A stretch of 64,000 bases of DNA from Octopus vulgaris (taxonomy: Eukaryota): positions 42,718,001-42,782,000 of the forward strand of contig OX597820.1 of assembly GCA_951406725.2 (NCBI GenBank), given 5' to 3'. The notes beneath the pieces are model-generated. The model worked only from the letters and a program-made list of their open reading frames with translations, was not told the DNA's origin and searched no databases. Shown piece after piece: positions 51,135-64,000 of this stretch (positions are counted from its first letter, which is position 1; each line of letters begins with the position of its first letter). The position numbers were made by a program, and so were the translations under genes.

Positions 51135-51627
51135 TTAGTGAAGCAAACAGGGGATTAAACTATCAGAATAGGAGTATATTTGAGTTTTATGTTATAATCG
51201 GCAGACCAGAGATGACTCAAGAGTTGCTTGTTTCGTGCGTTGGCACATGGATGTAAGACAAAATAACTAGTTGTAAAATCTGAAGAAGATATCAGAGTAG
51301 TAACTACACTAACAAGTAAAGTCAATCAACACTTCAAGCTATTTTGCTTCTTGCAAATCAGTGACCGATGGTCGCTTTCTTTCCAATATATTGCTGGCTG
51401 GAGCAGACCCTGGATATCGCTCTGGTAACCAGGTGGTTGTGACTGAGTCAGTGGGGAGACCCTGTTCTCTGGTGGAGGTTAGAATGGGTTTGCTTCCACT
51501 TCTGGCAGTATGTATTGTATATAAAGGGTGCAGCACCGCACCGATAACCAGTTGGCAGAAAATCTGCCTGGGATTAACATGGGACAGCCAACTTGATGCG
51601 GCGATTGACTTTACTTATATATATATA

Positions 51628-51658
<31 letters not shown>

Positions 51659-51768
51659 GTGAGTGTGTATACTCACTTTTAGGTTTTCTGTAGAATGGAA
51701 CACTGCATGTCACGACATTTCTTATACAAACCTCTCTAATTAAGATAGTGATCAAACAGAAAAAAGCA

Positions 51769-52461
51769 AATGGGTGTATATGCATATTTCAGTAGTTATT
51801 GTTCTTTCATCAGCACTTCATCTAACTATTTACGAATACATTGCGTAAGTAGCCACTACGTTTGGCGGTGCAACACACTTGGCTAGACCAATTTACATAT
51901 TAGATACATTCTTGGTAGAAACACAGTACTTCATTTTGCAATCATAATATATATCACCATGTGTATTAAAGGATTACAATCAACACTGTGCCTTGCTTTT
52001 GTGTTAGTACTACGATATTCAAACTTTTGAAGTTTATCACTACAGATTTTGTAGGGAATTCAGATCCAGCACTACGACTTTTCGTATACGGATACGTCTA
52101 TGCAAACAATACGATGGAAGATGGAAAAATTAGGTAATGGAAGCTTATGCATATTGCTGAGTTATTGATCTTTCATCATGTATACTAGGGTGTATGTATG
52201 TATGTTTGTATGTATGTTTGTATGCATGAATGGTTCTTCCTCGATTACGCTGTATATCTTCTGAAGATCACTGTCTGAAAATATCTACCATGGAATTTCA
52301 TCTTATTAATGTACTACACATTGATAAAACTGTCATTTTTATAACGCGATAGCCTTGTTCGGGAAATAGACTAGTGGCTACTTACGCAATGTGTTCGTAA
52401 ATAGTTAGATGAAGTGCTGATGAAAGAACAATAACTACTGAAATATGCATATACACCCATT
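51769..52461. repeat. 90 bp inverted duplication (51769-51858 / 52372-52461) containing a hammerhead-like motif (family D)
   Basis: 89/90 complementary; GTG-CTGATGA-N16-GAAA-TATGCATATA-CAC at 52414-52456. Confidence 0.85.
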
Positions 52462-52657
52462 GTGGTTTCGATTCCTGGACCGACCGACGCGTTGAGTTCT
52501 TGAGCAAAACACTTCATTTCACGTTGCTCCAGTCCACTCAGCTGGCAAAAATGAGTAACGCTGCGACGGACTGGTGTCCCATCCAGCTTGGGAACACATA
52601 CGCCTTGGAAACCGGGAAACCGGACCCATGAGCCTGGCTAGGCTTTAAAAGGGCGCA
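52462..52657 (+). mobile_element. 5'-truncated SINE family 3 relative
   Basis: GGTTTCGATTCC B box; CACGTTGCTCCAGTCCACTCAGCTGGCAAAAATGAGT is shared with 27915-27952; the tail differs. Confidence 0.8.
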
Positions 52658-52778
52658 CAGTTTTAATAAAATTTGGTAAAAAGTTAAAAAAAGATTTCTC
52701 TTCCATATATACCCACTTTCTCACTTTCTCTCTCTTTTTCTCCCCCCTCTCTCTCTATTTCTCTCAGTCATCTGTTTC

Positions 52779-52813
<35 letters not shown>

Positions 52814-52817
<4 letters not shown>

Positions 52818-52916
52818 CAGCCCAAAAAGTTTTTTGCCATTTCCACTACTTAAAGAAAATTTCTCTCAGATTTCTTTAAGTAGTGGAAATGGCAAAAAAA
52901 ATTTTTTGGCTGCTAT
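52814..52916. repeat. Inverted repeat with ~45 bp arms and 12 bp spacer, adjoining (TA)n
   Basis: ATAGCAGCC..TAAAGAAA / TTTCTTTA..GGCTGCTAT. Confidence 0.9.
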
Positions 52917-53065
52917 TTCTAGCAAGTTCAGTATGTGGCAAAGTAATTTATTTTACTAAGCCCTAATTATATAATGTAATATTTTGAATTCGCCTTAAAT
53001 GGTCCTTTTACATACTGAATATTGGTGAAATTGATTAATAACTAATTAATTTTACCCTCAATTGT

Positions 53066-53132
<67 letters not shown>

Positions 53133-54659
53133 ATGTATGTATTATGTAGATGTGGTGTTTATATATACGTGTATTAGGTGTGTATGCATTTGATGATTGT
53201 ATATGGATATATGTGTATATGTCTATCTCTCAATATATATATGTAATATATATATATATATATATATGCGCACACATACGCGGCGCGTGTGTGTTTGTCT
53301 GAACTATTTAGAAACTGGAAAAAATCTATTCATTTCATTGAGTAAGAATGTATATGTTTCAGTGGTTTCTCGTTTCCGATTGTGCAAACGAGAGACGAAA
53401 TATACGAACGTGTCAATATATAGTGTTACAACACACATCTAGGTGTGATTATTTCGGCGTACTTCAAAATTTTATTGGGTCCCAAATAATCCTAGATGAC
53501 GTGATGTTGTCTGCTATTTTTATGCAAAAAGATTTTATGAATTCTTTTTTTCCGTTCCACGCGCAAAAATAAGAGAGAAAAAGTAAAGCAGTTCTTGTGT
53601 GTGAATTGGGGTGTTAAGGAAATGTTGTTAGTATGCGAGCATCGTTCAGGCTATGTCAAATCCATTATGTACAAAATATAATTTGTTAGACCGTTGTTAG
53701 TAAGAGATTACTTAATAAATATTTGTGCTAGGGTTCAATTCGAATTTTCTACTCATTATAGAAAAGAGGATGTAATAGACTGTTATATAGTTCCAAAAGG
53801 TAGGGATCGCTCTTTCACAAACACTCAATATAGAAGAAGCATGTTACTTAATGAACCATTTAAGCAGAGCATCATTAATTTTATTATCGTTTGGATTTCG
53901 GCTATGTTTGCAAAGCAAAGGAGAATGTCATCTTCCGTGTGCCTAAGTGCATGCAAATATTATGGGTGTCTTTTAGATATTATTATCACATAGACATTGG
54001 GGTTTTTTTTGTTTTGTTTTGTTTTTGTTTTTTTGCTGTCATCTCCAACTGTTTTTCACTAATGATTCTTGAAGGGCTACCGTTGAGTGGTCAGATATTA
54101 GAAATGTTACATCAACTTGGAGAAACTAAATTTTCATATACATACTGACAAGTTTTCTTCTGTTTATAATGATTATATAAACAATACATTTGCTTCATTT
54201 GTGGCTCTCCAAAACACTATCTCATGTCTATGGAGAATGCTTTATCCATAATATTTTAGGAAATATTATTAGAATGGACTTCTAATGTTGCTGACTACTT
54301 TAAAACGTATGGGATGTTTGGAATTCATATTATTATAATACAATTCCTAGTTCAATTTACTATAAGGGCAGTATTTACAAAACGTAACAGAAGTTGTAGC
54401 TAAGAAAGTGGCTATTCTTATATTTGTATCAAGTGTAATATTTCAATTTAAGTTGTTGAGTATATTGTCGAACTTTCTGAAAGCATTCATTATAAGATCA
54501 TAGTTCGTTCGATAATAATTCATCATAAAGGTAACTATTCAAATCTTCGATACGAAATTTATTTTAAAAGATATATCGCCTAATTTCCTATCCTTGGGGG
54601 ATATTCCGATATCATTAAACTACGAAAGAAGATGATAATGATAATAATAATTTTTTTTT

Positions 54660-54858
54660 TTTCTATAGACAAAAGGTCTGAAATTTTGAGGGAGAGAATA
54701 GTTGATTATTTCGACTGTAGTAATCACCTGTTATTCATTTTATCGACGCTGAAAGGCAGAATCGGCCTCGGCGGAATTTGAACTCAGGACATGAAGAGGA
54801 ACGAAATGCTGCAAAGCATTTTGCTCAGTATGCTAACGATTCTGTCAGCTAAACGCCA
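54660..54858 (-). mobile_element. SINE family 2 copy
   Basis: GGAATTTGAACTCAG..AAGCATTT..GCTAACGATTCTGTCAGCT. Weaker copies occur at ~19007-19155, ~40870-41040 and ~60053-60215. Confidence 0.8.
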
Positions 54859-54860
54859 TA

Positions 54861-54861
<1 letters not shown>

Positions 54862-54900
<39 letters not shown>

Positions 54901-54901
54901 G

Positions 54902-54942
<41 letters not shown>

Positions 54943-55083
54943 ATACTAATAATAATAATAATAATAATAACAATATTAATATTAATAATGATGATAATAA
55001 TAATAATGATAATAATAATAATAATAATAATAATTATGATGATTATAATAATAATAATGATGATGATGATGATGATGATGATG

Positions 55084-55153
<70 letters not shown>

Positions 55154-55178
55154 TATTAATATTAATAATGATAATAAT

Positions 55179-55219
<41 letters not shown>

Positions 55220-55321
55220 TCAATAATAATAATAATAATAACAATAATAATAATAATGATGAAGATGATTATAATAATAATAATAATAATGGTAATAATA
55301 ATAATGATGACGATGATGATG

Positions 55322-55364
<43 letters not shown>
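54862..55364. repeat. (ACT)n/(AAT)n/(GAT)n microsatellite
   Basis: Direct inspection. Confidence 0.97.
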
Positions 55365-55365
<1 letters not shown>

Positions 55366-56154
55366 GAGTTTTCGTAGATATGTCCTCGTGTCTTCAGTCA
55401 TAATGTTGTCAGAAATATTGATATGAATCAACCACTATTCTAACAGCGTTATAATTCCCAATATGCATTACTTCCGGAACCTTAAACTTACTTTGTTGCT
55501 AAGATTAGTAAATCGTCGAGATAATATTATACTATCTTGAATACTAAACTAAATCCATAAGTAGCAACAGAGTAGGGGCTCAATCTGCAATTAATTTGAC
55601 CTGAAACACCTACAAATTAGTGGATAATCAACGAAGTGCATTGTCAAAACGTTAATTGAAGTATGAAATGCTTAATGATTCATGTAAAATATCTCTATAA
55701 GTGATTCCGTAATGATAGCTCATTGAAAATTGAGACAATTTGCATAAAGTGTTTCAGAATTATCATCTGAAGCCACCTTATATTTCGGTACACTTTAATC
55801 AAAAATACTGCAAACGCACCGCAGAAACTGTATCTATCGCAGGGCTAATAAGTAAAGACGATGCTGATGTAGTAGCTCTCATGTAGCGCCATAATCGCTG
55901 TAACTGAACAGCCTAAAACCAAAATATAAGTTATTCAATATGTCTCCCTTCTGAAAGCGTTAGAGTGAATTCATAGAAATTTGTTTACTCTTTCTCCCAA
56001 TATAATCACCGATGTCCTTGCTCCTCAGCAGATGTCCATCTTGCTCATAGGTATATTTTGTGAGCTAATCCATCCACTAACAATCAGATAGAAAAGAGAT
56101 AACTAAATATTCAATAATATATATAGCATGATGCAACGTATATTTTCGGAAGGT

Positions 56155-56621
56155 TGTTGGCATCCTTTTTGTCTCGGGAGACAATGGAGTTGCGCATAAA
56201 GTAGTCTAGTGCGGCGTTTACATTTCATGTCCTGATATATTTCCTGCTGTAGCTGTGTAGTCCTATCCTGGACAAACACTCCCTCTGGCAGGTACCGCAA
56301 ATGTAGCGAAGACTGTTCCTGGCCGGTTGTAATGCCATAGTTTCTTGTTGACGTCTTTTCTTGTCTTTCCATTTCTCCTCTCTCTCTCTCTCTGTCACTC
56401 CTTTGTATTCCCTCTTTTACGGTACGGCGCCAGTCTCCACGGTTGCCAGCAACTGCCTCCCAACCGCTAATATTGATGTTGCAGGCCTTCATGTCCCTTT
56501 TGCAAACATCCTTGTAACGTAAGAGCGGTCTACCCACAGACCTAGTACCCCTAGCAAGCTCTCCGTAGAGTATGTCGTTGGGGATTCTGCCATCTTTCAT
56601 ACGGCTAACATGCCCAAGCCA
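56155..56621 (-). mobile_element. 5'-truncated RTE-clade LINE with 11 bp TSD
   Basis: WLGHVSRMKDGRIPNDILYGEL..GRPLLRYKD, a frameshifted C-terminal CxxC..SRIGLHS zinc finger, and a short CAA tail. TSD TTTCGGAAGGT at 56144-56154 and 56622-56632. Confidence 0.92.
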
Positions 56622-57043
56622 TTTCGGAAGGTATACATTGACAAATATAAGACAAAGCACGTATCACCATCATCTGACAACAGCTAAATTTGAGAAATAA
56701 CACAGTTGGACATACGCTACCTATTTATTACATTTAGGTACCGTTATCAGCAGATTCAATGTGGACACCAGTAAATTTATAGAAAGCAGGTCTCCACCGC
56801 CAGACTAAAAGAGCGGGTGTTTTTGTGATTGAATGTACAAAATTATCGCCAAAGAAAATTATGAACCAGTCTGTTGCAGGTTCAAGTTCCATATTATCAA
56901 CTGAGTATGAGGAAGCATCGTGAAAAATTGCCTTTCACAAAGCCAATGTGGTACCATGCTAAAAAATTTAATCAACAAACAAATGAACACGAGCTCAAAG
57001 CTTATATCACAACACCATCACATCTTCACAGTCAGTCTTCAAT

Positions 57044-57108
<65 letters not shown>

Positions 57109-57965
57109 TGTGATTTTTCAATCCAGAGAGGGAGCTGCTAGGAATTGTAGCCATATGTCCCTCAAATCAACACTCTCTTCTTTTCAATTAATGACACATC
57201 AGACATTGTAGACCAGAAAACAAAATGAGGCAAAAATGAATTGAAAGCTTTAGATCAGAAGTCTACTCCAAACAACAAGGTTGTAAAAAGAAAGAATCAG
57301 GGAAAAGATTTTTTTCTCAACAACATTGTGGATAAATTATTTTCCAATCCACTGTCGTGACGTTACACGGACTCAAAGTCTAGTGATTAATATACTCATT
57401 ACAAGTCTAGAGATTAATACACCAATTATATTTTTCGGTGACGGCATTAGGAAGATTTAGATCCTATTGTCACCGTAGGATCAACAAAAGAGACACTTTG
57501 GGGAGATATAAGCAAATCTTCAATTTCACATAAATAAATAACCGCAATTTAACGTATTGAGGAATAATTTTCTCATTTATATATATATATATATCTTTTT
57601 TATTTTAGTTATAAAGTGTATAGAAATAGGATATAAGGTAATACAAACAATTATGTTTCTCAATTGTTGAATTATCGTCTCTTCCCTCCCAGGATTACCT
57701 TTTTCGGTAATACTTGACTACTATTTTGTCTAGCATTTTGCAACAGTAAAACGTTTAAATATCCTAATTTGAAAAAGAGAATTCAAGGGGAGACTGCAGA
57801 TTCCGCATGCTGCTGTTAGCGAAGTGATCACCCGTAAAGCGGTACATACCAGTTCATACACACCGTGATGGTTGTTCCTTTTTCTTAGACTAGTACTTAT
57901 AATGTAATGTCCTATATCATTTATATGTGAACCATCAGAGGTTAATTTATGCTTATACATAATAT

Positions 57966-57981
57966 TAGACAGACAGATATT

Positions 57982-58049
<68 letters not shown>

Positions 58050-58058
58050 CAGATAGAC

Positions 58059-58109
<51 letters not shown>

Positions 58110-58114
58110 CAGAC

Positions 58115-58200
<86 letters not shown>
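57966..58200. repeat. (GATA)n microsatellite
   Basis: Direct inspection. Confidence 0.97.
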
Positions 58201-58763
58201 GTATGAGATCAAACGTGAGTTGCACGCTTGCGATTTTTCCTGGCTGTATCAAATCCTTTCTTCCGTTCTCTCTCCGTATATCCAACGAAGGTGAACGCCT
58301 GAATGTTTGTACTTTTACTCTATTCAGCTTATAACAATTTTATTTCTCTGCGCGTCAGCTTGGCAATAATAAATGTAAACATCCATTGGGAGGGGCGCGT
58401 GTGTGCAAGTGTGCGTGCGTGCATGTATGTGTCTGTGTGTGTGTATATGCGCGCGCGCGTGCGTGTAATTTGGCACTCGTTTCGTCCCCTCGTTTACGTA
58501 CTGATAACACAATATTCATGTTGGGTTTTAAGATTTAATTGCTTCTCTGCTCTCGAGTTTTCATTTCATCCTTATATCATTCAACTGTTTTATATCTCTT
58601 CCATCAAGCCTCCTTATCTTCAAGATATGTAAAATTTCTTAATGGTGTTGTTTCTGTTTTTCCATATGATTTCAGACTTATTCTTGGTTTTGTATACTCT
58701 AAAGGACTGTATATATTTTTTATAATTGATAATCGGTCATCTGTTTTCAGATTTAGACACATA

Positions 58764-58861
<98 letters not shown>

Positions 58862-59126
58862 GGTATGAATCTGTCTATCTATCTAAGTATATGTTTGCGT
58901 GTGTGTATCTGTGTCTGTGTGAGTGCTTGTGTGAGTGAATGTGTATACATACAGGTGCGATTATATACTATACAAACATACACATAATTATATATATATA
59001 TCATATTATATATATGCATATATACACGCATATATATACATGCATACACTTATATATATATAGATATATATATACATATATGTATACATAAATATATAAA
59101 TACATAAATATATAAATATATATATC

Positions 59127-59168
<42 letters not shown>

Positions 59169-59391
59169 TGCTGTGTATACACATTAGCGGTACATCTATT
59201 TTCTTAATAACATTTCATCATTACGTTCTTATTTGAAGCTAAGTTTTTCTTTTTAATTCTACTTTTGTAGATTTTAATATATTATTAATGACGCAGCATT
59301 AAAGGATTATTGTCATTAAAGGATTGTTACGCATGCGCACACACATACCACACGCATACACATATCCCACACACACTCGTTACATACATAC

Positions 59392-59436
<45 letters not shown>

Positions 59437-60529
59437 TATATATATACATGTTTATATATATCATTTGTTATTTTTCGCAATTATTTCAATATGTCGTTAG
59501 TTTAATTCATGTTTTCTTTCCTGTAGTGAATGATTCTTGATAGCTTGATTTTAATTAGGAATTGCTATGGATTTAAATTTAATTTTTTACTTTTTTTTTG
59601 TTGTATTTCCTCGGCTTATTCATGAACATCTGTTAATTAAATCTATCTTTAAAGTTTCCAATGACGGCATGGACGTCAGACAATATGATTTCACTTTCCA
59701 TATAAATTGTAACTCTTGCACCTATGCAAGAAATAGCGGTTTGCAAGATTTGAGTACTTCGATAAAGAAAAGACAGCAATAATTATCTGGGTTTGTGAAT
59801 ATTTTCTATTTCCATCTGAAGCAACTTATTTTATTAAGGCCATTTATACACTTCAAACAGAAAAGGGTATTAAAAATCTCATTTTAATTCATACATTAAA
59901 ATTCGCTGCTACCAGATTACAAACATCATACATTTCCTTATTTCGTATCAAAAAATGCGATATAAAATTATAAAGTATTAAAGAGGACAGAAATGTCATC
60001 AACATGTATAATGTTTTAGTCGGCCAACTGATAAACTCGTTGTACACTGTCCAAAATCGTTAGAGAAGTTTCTTCCGTCTGTTTACGTTGTGAGTTCAAA
60101 TGCCGCTGAGGGTGACTTCGCTCTTCATCATTTCGGGTGCGAGGAAGTATGTAGATGTTGAGCACTGGGGTCAATGTAATTGATTTCCCCCTTCAAAATT
60201 TCTGGCATTGTTGAAAAATACAAAGGAAAATATACAACATCTAATATTGCTAATTTCTACACTGGGTAAATACTTCAGCATAATCTGCTGGTATATTTAC
60301 AGCATCGAGTGCAATATGGTTAAAATCATCTACCGCATACCTGTTAAGCCAAGGAGAAATTCACTATGAAGTAGTACAGCCTACTAGAAATAGCAACCAA
60401 ATTGTGTGAAATTCTAACATAACTCATAACATACCTTATTTAAAATCTTCGGTTAATTACGGTCGGAACATTCTTGATCGATACGTACTTTTATATATGT
60501 AGAGAGATAAGCATAGATGCATACATACA

Positions 60530-60590
<61 letters not shown>

Positions 60591-62629
60591 GTGTGTGCGT
60601 GTGTGTGTGTATGTGTGTAATATCGAACAATGAGAATGAGTGCTCAACACCGCATTGGTGAATGAATATTATTTTTATCTATTTGAAGATTAAAAAGGCT
60701 CTCATTAGTTTTAGGTGGAAAGATATTTCAACAATTATCAAGTCTGCCATATAGAACGTTGGCACTCGTCTCCCTCTAAGATGGAGATGTATACTAACAT
60801 TCCATGTGACAAGTTTGATTAATGTTGCGAGATATCTTTTCGCTGAAACCATTGCATTTGCAGGTGCATCATTTTGGGCACAGTATGAGCAACTACACAA
60901 AATTATCAGTCATTTAACCTGTCAGAATTTTTGTCTTGGTAGAAATTTTGTCACCAGAGAAGAACGGAAACATGTCATATTCGTGGTGATACTTAACCTT
61001 TTAATATAAATACTTGGCATGGGTCAAACAGTTTTCCTATGTGTTTGCAGATTTAAATGGGTTCCTCCTTTGGCGATGGACCTCACTGATTTTCTGGAGT
61101 TATGATTGATAATGTTTTAAATAGGTGGTATGAATTGCGGTATTTTTATAGTGTTGGAACATTGTGAATGGGTTTTCTCTTTGATCCAGTAGAAATATTC
61201 ACACTAGAGTTTTCCGATTCCATCCGAGCTTTGTGTACAAACCATCTTGCAAAATTTAGAAAATTGGCAATTTCTAAATCACCGTGTATCGCATATAAAG
61301 CAATAATAACTGCATGCTTTTCATTTCTTTTGTTAACATTTTAACAGCCATAGGGTAATTTGAAAGAAACAGAATAGAGGATAATAGGAAAGAAACTATA
61401 AGCAATACTTAATAGGATGTGCATCAATAAAAGTTCCAAGAAGTGATTTATAATACAAAGTTTTGAATGTTGTGAAACGTTCACCAGCGGATGAAATTGC
61501 AGTCTTAATACAAAGAACAGAATGAGCCAGATGACTAAATGATGTAGTAGGTATAGAACATTTAATCTTCATAGATCAAGACACTCATCTTTTAAAAGTT
61601 TAACAGAAGAATATATATGTGACTAGTCCTCCATAAGTTAGAAATCTTTAAACAAACGTTACATTTGTAAGGATTAAAACCTCTATGAAGGACAATCACG
61701 CAATATCAATATAGGTATAATACTGAGAACAAAACCTCCATAAACAAAGAAATCCAAAGCAATTTCAGCCGTACGAGAATTCATTGAAGGACAAATTTGA
61801 ACCACGAGAGCACAAGAAACAATCAATGAGCTCTTGAAATATATATATTCATCATCATCTGTCTATGTAGAATTTTTAATATTGTTAATTTCTAAAATGT
61901 GTGAATCCTCATAAGTAAGCTTTTGATGCTTTACAGAACAGATAAACTCATTCTGGTTGTCAAGCATAAGCGTCTACAATCAGTGGTATCATGATCGGTG
62001 ATGGAGAAACTATAGACGAAATTAATAGCCGACGATAAGACTGTTTGCGATTGAAACAAACTTTGGTAAAACAAGGAAACATACGAAGATGAGAGAATAC
62101 AGCAAGGGAAAAACACAAATCACAAATAAATAAATAGTAAATAGTTTCATGGGATGAAAAACCTGCCAAATATAATATATCTATCAGATACTATCATCGT
62201 ATAAGAATAACATAATACAAATTATATAAAGTAGTGTGATGAAATTAGCTTCAAATTAGGCAAAAAATGGTACAGCCACCATTCATTTTTTCTGTGAGTG
62301 AAAATTACTATTTTAAGATCTCACAAAATATCTCCAAATGTTAGTATGATGCATGTACATACAGAATACCAGATATTATCAAAAGAGCAAAAAATGTAAA
62401 TTATATCACATCAAAAATATCGATATACCATATGATACCTGGATAGAAACGCAAAAGAGAAAAAAAAATACGCTTATTCTATTTCCTTAGCAGCGCTACG
62501 AACAACACCAAACTGCATTAATTTATTGACAATCCATGAACAATTATGTTCCAAAGACATCAACGATAACAGCGGCAACTATACTCTTTGCTCGACAGAA
62601 GTATTTTCCTATTTTCTCACTTTTCAACC

Positions 62630-62682
62630 CTTCTTTTCTTCTCTCCTTCCTTTCTTTCTTCCTTCCTTCCTTCTTCCATATT

Positions 62683-62725
<43 letters not shown>
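62630..62725. repeat. (CTTT)n/(CCTT)n microsatellite
   Basis: Direct inspection. Confidence 0.93.
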
Positions 62726-62726
<1 letters not shown>

Positions 62727-64000
62727 GCTGTTAAATTTTCTTTTCAAAGTGAACATTATCTGTAACAGTTGCTTTTAACACATCCGGATAATACTTTTTT
62801 TTAAAAATTAAATTTCATTTTGTTCTTTGTATTTATTTTTTGCCATATATACATATAACTTTCGAAAATGTTACTGTGCTACTTTCCTTGTGATAAACTG
62901 TAGATTCATGTCACTTCTTTTATCTTGTCTATCTCGTTATCCTTTACTTATCTACATACTTTTCACCTAGATACCAACTACCAACTTTCTGTTTTATTTC
63001 ACTAATCGTATTCTTTATATTTCTTGATAGATTTTTTTAATCCACCTTCATTTCTATCATTGTTTCTTATCTCTCCCATCAAATCTATTTCATCTGTAGC
63101 ATCTTTCGTGTTACTTAAATGTCTTCTTTCGTACCATTACTCGTTGTGGCGTTTTACCCAATAATTTTCTTTCATTAATTCTTCCATTCATACATTCAAT
63201 TTATTAATTTACTGTTATACTTTTTTCGTTCCATAGTATCTTCACAACTCATCATGTTGATACAATGCTAATTATCAGTTAAATACTCAAAAGTTAGTAT
63301 CCTGACACCAGCCTTGTCTAGATCACTTAACGTAGCTGTACGCAGGTTTAAGTAGGTAAAGATCAATACACTCAGCCGAGGATCCGGTGTATCATTAATA
63401 AGTTAATAACATATGATTACTTTGCAAGTGTCTATTGAATATTTCCAATATTTCCCATGTGTAGTTGTTAAATAAGAATTTTAAAAATATAGATGAAAAC
63501 ATTGTCTTCGTATAAAATAATGATTTGTTGCGCAGGAAACATATAAGAAATTTTCGTTGGAGGAAACAGCAGGATGTGTGTGTGTGTGTGTGTGGTGTGT
63601 GTGTAAAAGTAAAGGTGCAAAAATTCATAAATGAGGGTGCACCTGCAATTGATAGAAATAAGAGCTAAAACTTATAACTCAAATAGCCACAGAACATCAG
63701 CAACCTCATGAGATATTCAGGGACTGCGAGCGACATCTTTCTTCGGTGAGATAAATCACAGAAAGAAGTATTTTGATAAAACCCTATCATGTGATGTCTA
63801 GAATTTGCTCCGGGTTAAAGAGATAGCTTGCTTCCCATACATGCACACACAAGCACACATACATATACAGACATACACACGCACATATACACGCCGCGCG
63901 CGCATTCATGCATACACTTATAAGCCATTCATCCGTAACGAAACAAAAGTGCACATTCACACATGTAGAGTATAATTAAAAGTCAAATAAAGAACGTACA

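Noticed and set aside
51280-51616. CTGAAGA motif, TATA-like box and a 14 bp inverted repeat (51314-51327 / 51603-51616), suggesting a solo LTR or MITE
   Set aside because: No GAAA box, no TG..CA termini or TSD identified, and no second copy in the window.
60679-60900. IKLVTWNV resembling the APE endonuclease first motif
   Set aside because: A single short motif without the downstream QE motif; insufficient support.

Overview
This is AT-rich, extremely microsatellite-dense eukaryotic DNA with no recognisable host protein-coding exon. The tRNA-derived SINE families and the (TA)n/(AAT)n/(GATA)n load suggest an octopus or other cephalopod intergenic or intronic region (inference). Almost all listed ORFs are translations of microsatellites. 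The real content is decayed transposable elements: four RLE-type (R4/Dong-like) LINE fragments associated with (AAT)n; RTE LINEs, one with a 5' inversion; Penelope-like element (PLE) remnants; two Tc1 elements with TIRs; a mariner; a piggyBac remnant; two MITEs; and three SINE families. Most interesting: (1) at least four unrelated short repeat families carry minimal hammerhead-ribozyme cores, two of the motifs directly downstream of PLE GIY-YIG remnants, and most lie next to TA/CA tracts; (2) a 2.5 kb ORF1-only (CCHC knuckle, no RT) retroelement is inserted with a TSD into the tRNA head of a SINE that is itself nested in an older SINE; (3) there are many local templated or fold-back duplications at microsatellites and SINE junctions. 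All family assignments come from motif recognition by eye, and coordinates of decayed elements are approximate.
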